From assembly GCA_015680685.1 (NCBI GenBank), contig MNCI01001933.1, positions 98,817-162,816 on the forward strand: a stretch of 64,000 nt of DNA, given 5' to 3'. This DNA comes from Gnetum montanum. Taxonomy: Eukaryota; Plantae; Gnetophyta. The notes below the pieces were generated by a model that ran no database searches, was not told where the DNA came from, and saw only the letters and a list, made by a program, of their open reading frames with translations. The translations under genes and the position numbers were made by a program. Below, piece by piece: positions 35,101-44,935 of this stretch; the stretch's first letter is position 1; each line of letters begins with the position of its first letter.

Positions 35101-37728
35101 TTTGTTCCTTTGAATGCAACTATTGTAGGTATTGGGCAGATATGAGTTTCTCTATCATCATCACTGCCTTTATCTAATAATAGCTTAGGGTAATCCATAA
35201 GGGTAGGCAGGTGATCATCTGATACTATTGTGAATGCCTGTTTTTGTAATGCCCTTGAGTGGCATGTGTGGACTTGAACTTGATAATGTTTTATACAGCT
35301 AGCTGCCATCTGACACCAACCTGAATGTATGTTTTTACAGTGCCTTTGAGTGGCATGTGCAGACTTGAATTGAATGTCTTTTGGGCAGACAGGCCAACTA
35401 CCAATCATAATCTTGTAACTCTAAATTTTATTTTGTCCATAATGCATTAAAGGTTCCACTCTTGTAAGGCTAAATTATATTTTATCCATGGCCATTTAAA
35501 GCCCATCATGGTAATGCTAAATTATATTTTTTCTATAACTCTTTAGGAGTCCAATCATGTAATGCTAAATTGTATCTCATGGATAACCCTCTACAGAGCA
35601 ACAATGTAATGCTAAATAATATTTCTCAAATTGTTCATCCCATTGTTTACATAAGATTTTAAGTTTTGAAAAGAGAAGCTTCTATTGGCCAAGATTTTTA
35701 CTTTCAAAAATAAACATTCTAACCATTAAGTCAAGGCTTGCCTATGTAAAGTTTCACTCAGTAGCACCACCATCATCCTAGCTATGCTAACTACATGGGG
35801 TTGGCTATATGAGCTCTCTTATGCCATTCATTTTTTTAAAGAGTTAAATTAGCATTTATATGCAAATCTTGGATACTTTAATGCAAGTAAATCGAGTATG
35901 TTTTGGTCTACCTCTTTGTTAGTCTCCTTCAACTTAAATAAAACAACCTCTTCAACCTCTTCTAGCAGGAACATACTCTGGTTTTCTTAACACCTGACCA
36001 AATAATCTAAGACAACTTTCCTTAATCTTCTCAACAATGGGAGCTACTTGCAGACTTCTCCTAATAAGAGACTTATTGATTTGATCTTTCTTAGTTACAC
36101 CTAACATCCACTTTAGCATAAGCATCTCTACCACATGCATGCATTGGGCTTGATTTTTTTATAGACTAACATTCTGTACTGTAAAAGTTGATACTTATTT
36201 GCTTTCATTATTTTGTTTTATTTTAAAGCTCATTCCTTTCTGCCTGTTATTGCAACAAAATGAGCGAACATTTATGAATCTAAATTCTTGCTGATCTTGA
36301 ACAATGGAACTGGCATGCATAGTTGAATAATTGGAATCACGTGTGATAGTTTGATTAGGTGGCAACTTATCAGTCTTGACAGAAGACTAAATATAATATT
36401 TAATTCCAATCCCATTTTTGGCATGTAAATCAATAAATCGCTCTAGCACCCCTCTTGGAAATGGTGCTAATTCAATCCAACTTGATATTGAATAGCTTGG
36501 GGCACTCTAATACTCAGTCATATAATATATAGTAAACTTGTGAACAGAGGTTTTATGCTGTCATTGTAGTTAAATGCCTGTGTCTCCTAATTAATAATGC
36601 AGCATAGAAAGTAGAAATGCAGCTTATGGAAGCAAGGTAAGCTCTTTGTTTAGTTACTCATCATCATCATCATTCTAGCGTTGTCCCAATAATGGGGCTG
36701 GTTATATATCAGTTCTCTTTTGCCATTTGCCTCTATGAAGAGCTAGATCTTGGTTTAGTTACTAATGCTTTAAAACCATTTTTTTTCATTTAACCAAAGT
36801 TATACTATATATTACCAGATCTGCTCTGTGCTGTACCCTGAATATTTTATTGATAGTTTGCAGAACAAAGTTGTACCTTAGCATAGCCGATTAGAGTCAA
36901 ACCTGCAACTCTTTGGATACAAGTCAAATCTTATCCAGGAAAGAAACCAAGGCAAACCAAAAAATATATGATAAGCTTTTTCTTCCTTATGATGCGAGTC
37001 TACTTGTAGACAGCATTGGACAGAATAGTCAATTTTATGCCAGTGTAGACAAAATCCTCTCTCATGGCATATGCGCACTTTTATGTCATTGCAGATTTAT
37101 ATTTTCATAATTTCAAGCCTTTGGATTTGGGTGTATGTCATTTTATTTGTTAAAAGATTGATCATCTTCTGCTGAGGTCGTTATATATTCGGCCTTTGTT
37201 ATAATTCTGTAATTTCAAATTCCACACAAACTATAATATGATTAAAAGAAAGGTCGTAATATATTCGGCCTTTGTTATAATTCTGTAGTTTCAAATTCAA
37301 AACAAATTGTAAAACTATGTTCTCTCTGGTATGCAGGATCATGTATTGGAGGTCTGTTTCAAAGCTTGTGGCTCAAGGTGGTTTATTGGTGAGCAGTTTA
37401 CTCTTAACAGATTTGGTTTGCCGCCCATTTATTTCATTTTTTCTTAAAAGCAGCTTTCATTGATTTTTCAATGACGATTTTCTAGATCATCACATCTTGT
37501 AATGATACCAAGGATGAACTTATTGAAGAAGTTAATAGCTTTCAACAAAACCAAGCTATAGGAAATGGCAATCTGGAGACTATAGAATTCTCTGAACCAG
37601 TGGTGGCACCAAATAATACTTTGCAACCATTGTTCCACTATGTTGATCATATACGGACATATCCCACTTTCACATTTGGCGGTGTTGAGGGAACTCGCGT
37701 TGCTACTGTGGCCTTTCTGCGCTGCTGA
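28949..37728 (+). CDS. EEF1AKMT2: EEF1A lysine N-methyltransferase 2 / EFM4 (METTL10-like) SAM-dependent methyltransferase; join(28949..29181,29990..30115,30757..30969,31164..31260,31609..31712,37337..37388,37486..37728), 355 aa
   Basis: All introns are GT-AG and in phase, total 1068 nt. Motifs: plant N-terminus SDDDRSVAADSWSIKSEYGSTLDDDQR, LG.QSHWD..Y..EL.NF..HG..GEIWFG, VLDVGTGNG, GTDYS..AVELA, DKGTLDAIGL, ITSCN.TKDEL, YPTFTFGG.EG. Confidence 0.95.
29990..30115 (+). CDS. EEF1AKMT2: EFM4 homologue exon 2
   Basis: TAGCAG acceptor; SDKEDQDNEVEPSALGLQSHWDATYADELANFHEHGHAGEIW; donor GTAAG. Confidence 0.92.
30757..30969 (+). CDS. EEF1AKMT2: EFM4 homologue exon 3
   Basis: TTTCAG acceptor; FGTEVMD..VLDVGTGNG..AKHG. 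Confidence 0.93.
31164..31260 (+). CDS. EEF1AKMT2: EFM4 homologue exon 4
   Basis: FSDLTGTDYSEAAVELARNLAARDSSTNINFL; AG/GT borders. Confidence 0.93.
31609..31712 (+). CDS. EEF1AKMT2: EFM4 homologue exon 5
   Basis: VDDILESKLHRQFKLVNDKGTLDAIGLHPDGVVKR. Confidence 0.93.
32460..32564 (-). mobile_element. Candidate tRNA-derived SINE remnant
   Basis: Minus strand: A-box-like TGACTCAAGTGGTTAG, degenerate B-box GCTCAAGTC, (AT)n tail. Confidence 0.4.
33940..34750 (-). mobile_element. LINE reverse transcriptase fragment
   Basis: ICLVDFSKAYDSI, KQGCKLSPTLFGLFID, LLYADDA, KYLGL. Confidence 0.88.
35765..36180 (-). mobile_element. RTE-clade LINE 3' fragment
   Basis: EMLMLKWMLGVTKKDQI...IVEKIKESCLRLFGQVLR (35952..36140); GAT/GGT microsatellite tail. 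Confidence 0.85.
36658..36800 (-). mobile_element. Short RTE-type 3' end
   Basis: (GAT)n tail preceded by TGGGACAACGC; similar to 35770-35910. Confidence 0.6.
37175..37312. repeat. ~77-bp tandem duplication upstream of exon 6
   Basis: GGTCGT(T/A)ATATATTCGGCCTTTGTTATAATTCTGTA occurs twice. Confidence 0.85.
37337..37388 (+). CDS. EEF1AKMT2: EFM4 homologue exon 6
   Basis: TGCAG acceptor; IMYWRSVSKLVAQGGLL; donor GTGAG. Confidence 0.92.
37486..37728 (+). CDS. EEF1AKMT2: EFM4 homologue exon 7
   Basis: IITSCNDTKDEL..YPTFTFGGVEGTRVATVAFLRC* (TGA at 37726-37728). Confidence 0.93.
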   Translation: MITSCNDTKDELIEEVNSFQQNQAIGNGNLETIEFSEPVVAPNNTLQPLFHYVDHIRTYPTFTFGGVEGTRVATVAFLRC

Positions 37729-40139
37729 AATCGGACAGCCTCAAGGTGTAATGCTGTGAAGTAAATTGCTGTTCACCGAAGTCCATAGCAAATGCATTTA
37801 GAAGAGTCTGGCGATACTGAATTTGTCATCAACCTTGCAATACAAGTTTTCTTAGCAAGATTGTTGTAAGCTTCGAAGGTCATTTCCAATTTACAACGTT
37901 ATGCCATCTTAATTCTTAAAGGAACATTTTTTTGAATTTCAGTTATATACAAATTTTTTATACATAGCATGTTTGGTAACAGTACGATTGTTCTAAATTT
38001 TATGTTTGGATCATTTTTTAAGAAAAGAATTTGGTTTAAAGTTTTGTTATTCTGGTTGGTTTGTTGTGCCTTTGATCCCAAATTCTGCCTACTATTGAAG
38101 AGGTTAGGCTCAGGGTTGTTTCTGGTGGAGTGTAGCTTTCTGTGGGCGATTCTCTTAAATATGAAACTGAAACGGTTTTCGGTTATCTAGAAAAGAATTT
38201 CGTCTTAAGTTTTATGTTAATTTGGTTGGTTGGTTTATTGCGCCTTTGATATCAAGTTATGTTTACTAATGAAGTAGCTTTGTGTGGGTGATGCTTGGAG
38301 ATGCACTAAGTGAAAGTTTAAAGCGAGATAAGCCTTCCATTAGGTACATCTTTTTGCCTGTTACCTTATTTCTTCTTCTTTACCCCTTTTATGGTAGAAT
38401 AAGCATGGGCTGGTTAAGCATTTTAAATAAAATTACAAACTTGAAATCAAATTTGTTTAATTAAGTTGCGTTATCAATTAATTATCCTTGAAGGAATAGG
38501 GAGTGTTTGTTTAATCAATTTGTACAATGGAAACAGTTTCATTGTAGGGTTTTTTCTCTTATAAATAGTCATCTTTCTTTCATGGTGAGTTCCTATATCG
38601 GTAGAAGTGTTCTGGAAGAATTTTGCTTTTGGTTTATGTGTAGTGAAGAGCTTGCGTTTAGGGTTGGTTTCTTGGTCGAGTGTAGCGTTCCCCGAGTGAT
38701 ATGTTTTAATTATGATCAGAAAAGAATGTGTACCAAAATTTTATTCCGTTGGGTTGTGGTGCCTCTTGTCTCAGATTCTGCGTGTTATTTAATATAGTAG
38801 CTTTAAAGGTTAGTTTCCTTGAGTAGTTTTCCATGCTATTGAAAATGTTAGGTTAACCGTTGGTTTCTTGTTTACGACGAATTGGGTAGTTTGGTTTAAT
38901 TTAACTATTTTTTATAGTTGGAGAATGCCTGTATACGAACGTAACTTGTGGCCCATCCTCTTTCTACAGTTTCAAGCTTGTTTTGAAGCAAACAATCAAT
39001 GCCCGGCAGAGGGCATGTTACCTGTAAAAAACGATTCAAAATTTTAAATGTTTTCTAAATAAAATCCAGTTTTTAAAAAAATGCCTTATAAACTCGCCTG
39101 TCAATTTTGATCTCTGCTACACCGTTCAGTGGTACATCATGAACAAAATGGCAAGGACACTAAGGAGGACAAATGGAAAGGAATTTGTGGTATTTTTTTT
39201 ACGGAAAAAAGTTGTATGGTAATACAGGGAATAGTTTTTGCAAAAAAGGTCTTTGTGATTGCATTTTTTAATGAATGTACTCGTTTGCTAAGTGTTATTG
39301 ATTATTGAATAGCAAAAATTTCCAGTTATGCTGTTCGAGAAGAATATTTGCATTATCTGAGGATGTTCTAAGCCAGGAGAGGGTGTTGGTATTGAGTTTT
39401 GAACCCAGTACTTTGGGGTGCAAAGTGGGTTAGGTTAACCAACGAATTGAAGGTGCAGGCACATGAAGTTAGAATGTGCGCATTGAGCAGGCACATGAAG
39501 TTAGAATGAGTGCATTGTGTGATTTTGTATGATTTTTGTATCACCCAAAATTTCAAAGGGTGCAATAGCTAAACTGTGTTATGTGAGCAATGAGAGTTAT
39601 GGGAAAATTAGGTAAACACAAAATAGAATGAAAAAATTAATGTTAATTTGGCGGGCGTTTTTTTTTAACATTGCTACTTCGTATGCCATATTTTATTTTC
39701 AGCTCTTGTTTTTCTCCACGAACTCTCAAAGAAAAACCATGGAAAATTGGATTTCGCAGTTGGAGACCTTAGAGTCGAAGATGGATCAAACATTGTATTC
39801 CCCAGCAAGGCTCATCATTTTCTTCAATCGAAGAAGATTGTTATAAAAGTCTTGAATGAAGTTTAGAGGAAAAACAAGGGAGTGCAAAAGCAGTGAACCA
39901 TTATTGCACCAATATTGACATTAACAGTAAGTAATATTGCATTTTTAATATACAATAAGCATTACTGTACAAAGTATTCTTCATTGCATTTTTTATTCCT
40001 GAAAAAGATTCACGTTGCATGTGCTCTTCATTGCATTCTTTTATGTTTAAAAAAGATTTCTCTTTCATGTGTTTTGTTTCTCTGTTTTGTTCTGTTTTAC
40101 ATTGTTTATTCTTAAACTTAAACTTTTATCGAATTTGAA

Positions 40140-40883
40140 TAAGATGATAGTGAGCATACAAAGGAGATGAGTAATGAAATACAAATTATTAATTCAATGA
40201 ATAGTTGCATAGATAAATCAGAGTGTTGGCCTCATGCATGCATTATCTCTCTTATTGAAGAATATGAAGAAATTTATTTTTAACTTAATCATGGAAATTT
40301 GGGGCAAAACCATTGGGATCAATTAGTTCGCAGATGTTAACAAAAAATGTAAGTTGCACTTTACAAAAAATAGTGTAGATATAAATGGAACAAACTTAAG
40401 CAAACTTTTAAGAAAGAAAAGATGAGAGAGAACTCAACTAGAGCCCAACCAAGTCATTGGTTGTATTATGAAAATATAAATTGTGTTGTTGGAAAATCTC
40501 ATACAAGTATCATAGGAGGATATGATGGAATGAATTGGAAGGCATGTGACAATATTTTTTCAAAACTAGAAATAGTAGAAAATAATATGAGAGAAGGTTT
40601 GGATTATAGTGAGAAAGGTGAGCTTAAGGAACAAAGTTCTTCCATTGCCCATGCCAACAAAAACTCCAAAGACAAAGAAAAAATGAAAGCTCAAAAATAT
40701 GCTGGGGTGGAGGGGCAAAATAACAAAAAATAAAAAGCCAAAGTTGATTCTATTATTGAAAGTATTGGAGAAAGCATGAGATTCTTTACAAGCACTTTCA
40801 AAGAAGTTGAAACAAAGCAAATGACACAGATTGATATGCAACTTCAAATTGCACAGTTGTTTGCTTCAAAGTCAAAGGATTGA
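40140..40883 (+). pseudogene. Myb/SANT-like (trihelix) DNA-binding ORF remnant, probably PIF/Harbinger-derived
   Basis: W..ACIISLIEEYEE..GNLGQNHWDQL..CRYKWNKLKQTFKKEK..PSHWLYYENIN, with an internal stop and frameshifts; coiled-coil C-terminus QIDMQLQIAQLF. Confidence 0.7.
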
Positions 40884-43134
40884 AAGGTAATATACTTTAG
40901 TTAAATATAGTTAACATTATTTATAAATGATATATTGATATTATATGTTTAACTTTCTAAATAAGCTTGTTTTTTATATGCTCTTATGGTTGTTAGGTAA
41001 GGATATTGGTGATTTTTGAAGATAGTAATTGAATAAAACAGAAAGTGAAGATGCTATTTGTTTTGGAGATTATTTTTTAGTTAGATGGAAAAGAAAGTAA
41101 ACAATATTTGCCAAAAATGCTTTAGAGAGATGAGAAAAAATACTTTGATTTAAAATATTTACACTTATCACATTCAATTATATGTAATCAAGTTTTCTTG
41201 TAAACAAACCATAATGGCTAACTATTTATATTAATTATATGTATTCAGCCTTTTTGTGAAATCTAATGTTTAAAAACCGTGACTATAGGCTGCTCCTTTA
41301 TTTTCACTTTCTTGATTTAAAAAAGTAGCTTTCTAGAAAATATGTTGCCTGCCTTGCACTTGATCCTTGCAAATGGTAGAATGGCTTTGTATTAAAAACT
41401 AACCCTTGTTGCTGAAACCAGAAGAAAAAAAAAATTCTAAGTTTTTGTGCATGTATTTTAGTTGTTTTCATGTGTGTATTTTTGTTTCCCACAAATGAAG
41501 TTCCTGCCACATTTTAAGTCCATACATTAGCGAAAAAGGCACACCTTTTTTTCCCATGTGCATCATGACCAACATTATGCAAAAATAATTACTTTAAATT
41601 GGCATCGCATTGCAATGCACTTCACTGCCATGTGCATAGGACATGAGTTATTGCTTGTGCTCTATGGTTATGCTTTGTTGTTATGATATTTGTATATAAG
41701 AGTGGGAATTACAAATTTGAGTATCTTTTGTATTGTGAGGATATTTTATTGCTAATTGTTACATTTTTATTGTTATACTATTTGTATACAAGAAGTAGGA
41801 ATTGTGAAATAGAGTGTTTTATATGTTAGCATTTGGATGTTTCATTGCTAATTGCTACATTTTTATTTTCGTAGGTTTAGTTGTTTTTTCTTCCTTGGCT
41901 ATATTCATATCCTAGTTTTGATTGAGAGGTCAATTATCAATCACAAATAGGGGATACTTCGTAAGTCACACAATTTTGGCTAAGAGGTTAACTATTAATC
42001 ATAGATTAGTAACGTTAGATAATGCTAAGGGGAGCCTATTGCTAAAGCTAGATAATATTTTGTCCATAATGTTATGTTAAAGGAAGTCTACTAGTAATGC
42101 AAAATAATATTTTGTTTATAATACTCTAGGGAGAACCCATATGTAACACTAATTAATATTCCAGCCATAACACCAACATATTTGCTCTAAGTGAATCCTA
42201 GTTTCTATGTTTGTCTTAGTATTTAAATGTACAAAAATAAAATTTGGAAGGGCAAGCGAAGCATGCATGGCAAACAACAATCCATGAGAATTTAGAAATA
42301 TTTTACACCACAAGATTTAGTACCAAACTTGGAATTAGTCATCTTAATCATTATGCAATCACAACAATTTGACCAAAATTATTAGAAAATACATTAAATT
42401 TGGCAAATTTTTGATATAGTAGATGAACTAAAATTCAACTTAGTTTTTGAATTTGGTAAAAATGGCAACTTGGATGATTAAAAGACTATGAGGATAGTGT
42501 TTTGTGTTGGTATGAAACTTAATGTTATGATGGGTGTATTTTATCACGATGTTTTTTGTAATAGCATTATGTTATATTTTGATCTATATATATTGTAACA
42601 CCTTGCTAACCAAGCTTAGGCTAGAAAGATGTTACTTAAAGAATAAACAAATATATATAAAAGTAGAAACTGATATTTCATAAAACCATTGGATGCCAAG
42701 AAAAATGTAACAAGCAAAACAGTAATCCATAAAATAGGTGCATACGGGCAAGAACAATGTTGAGCAAAAAGAGAGAAATGTTGTAAAAGAGTGACAATAG
42801 CCCCATGCATACAAAACCTAACTTCACTAATAAAATAGTATGAAACCCTATTGCCTAAGCCAAAAATGACATTATAAGATACTAGAGAAGAATAGAATAT
42901 AAAATACAAAATTACATAAAAATTACACAATATAATAAATGCATCAAAAGGGCATTGGGCTCCAACACTAACAAAATTGGTGAATACCAAAAGCTGAAAA
43001 TTATACAAATACCAGTTCTCACAAAATTACATAATATAGAGATCCTAGTTGAACATTATAACATAGTGTTGATGTGCAAATTTTTGCGTACCCACTAACA
43101 CTTGGAAAAACTTGTTTAAAGAGACTATTACCCA

Positions 43135-43365
43135 GGGTGCCTTTGTATAGATATAGGAATAGTCTCACTTGGAAAAGACCATATAATGTCTTGGAAAAGA
43201 CTATATAATGTTTTGAAAAGGAAATAAAACTGAAAAATTAGTGTGTAAAGAGCAGGGAAATGGGCACTCTGTATGGATATAGAAATAGTCTCACCTAGAA
43301 AAGACTATGTAATGTTTCAAAAAGTAAAAGAAACTGAAAAATTAGTGTGTAAAGAGCAGTAAATT
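43135..43365. repeat. ~130-bp tandem duplication
   Basis: AATAGTCTCAC..GAAAAGACTAT..AACTGAAAAATTAGTGTGTAAAGAGCAG occurs twice. Confidence 0.8.
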
Positions 43366-44353
43366 CTATTTTTCAAAATTATAAGATATGACCTGGTAAC
43401 AATTGTATGCACCAAGGGTTCTCTTCTTTTTCTTAAAAAGTGGACCCATACATAGAGTAAATTTCACACGCGGTCCGCTGGGACGGACGGATGATGAGCA
43501 CTCTGTGATTTTTGTGGGGAGGTGAGGCCGACTGTTGACGGTTCTCCTGCTTCTTCCTTGGTGAGAGAAGGGGAGGCTCCAAGAGATGTCCTTTGTTGTG
43601 TCTCCTCCCGCTGCTTTAATAGCAGCTCTCAGTCTGTGGCAGTGAATGCCCAGGTACGCCACGTCTCTGTCACCACCACCGCCGCGCTGGCGTAACAGCA
43701 GCCACGTTCTCCATCTCCCTCACGACGGTTACTGCACCACGTTCTCCACCACCTTCAATCTGCTGTCGATATGATTCTTCAGCAACCTCTGCCCTGGGAA
43801 GGCTCATATTATCTTTTTAGGACTGCTGTCGGCAGTACTGCAAAATTACAGCATGGTTGGACCCTGAAATCCATTATAGAGAAATACTTTCCCCTACCTC
43901 ATTGATTATAAAATAAAATGCATCAGGTTTGACAGTTCTAATTTAGACGATAATGAATCTGATCCAGGAACTATGAGCGTCCGGAGAGTGGTGGGGTTGT
44001 GAGATTTTGGAAAGGGAGTACCCATGCAGAAAAAGCCTGGGAACAGGATTCGGCATATGAATAAAATTAACAGGAGGAGGGTTACGGTGAACCAGCAATT
44101 ACAATGCCACATTGTAATGTTTTGCGGGTGATTACAACAATTTTGTTGCAAATGGCAAGTTAAAAAAACCTTTGATTTTCAACCAAAGAATCCTAGCGCA
44201 GATCCAGTTGCTAAAGAAACTATCTGGACGTTTTTAAAGCCAAAATCACATGCCCTCGTTACTACAAACATCAGCAGTTGCCAAAAAAAAAGAAAAAAAA
44301 GAAAAACCGAGGTTCCATAGGCATTATGATACCGAAAAGTTGGTCACATGGAC

Positions 44354-44935
44354 TGTGAGAGATGTCCCAAGGTGGTCGTTCTCCTAGGCTCTCCCCATGG
44401 TTTGGGGGTCATGGAACACATTGAGCCGCCCTTCGGTGACTCTCAAGTGTTAGAAAACCCACCTCGGCTTAGCGGTACCAAGCTAACAATAGGACACCCT
44501 CTTGTTGTAACTCTCTTCTAAGTCCTCTTCATTCCCCCCTCACCGCGGAGAACTACATGGCCCTGATTCTACGACGGTCGTAGATATGTAGGTAGCCAAG
44601 ACTGGATAGTTTTGGTGCAGTGCCAGGCCACGCCTTGTACCAGATCGTGAGGGATCTGGGGGTGAGGCACCTTCCCCTGTAGGTGCATTGTTTCCCCTCC
44701 CACCGATGTTGTCTACAAGGTTGTTTGTGTGCTTGTTTGCATGGTTCTCGTTTTGGAGTTGGTTACCCTCAGTGAGGTGCATTGCCAAATATGTTAAGAA
44801 GCTGTGATTCTGCTTGCACTCACTTGAGAGTTGCTTGCTCGCTTGAGGCGTATCCCCTAGGTCTTCCGTCCCAGATCCATTGGATCTTAGTGAATTCCTT
44901 GGGGTGTCGAACAACGTCGAGGCAATGTTGTTACA
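44354..44935 (+). repeat. 5' LTR
   Basis: Direct repeat of 50502-51084. Confidence 0.95.

Noticed and set aside
43556-43582. TTGG..GAAGGGGAGGCTCC resembling miR159/319
   Set aside because: Needs several indels and no fold-back partner is evident.
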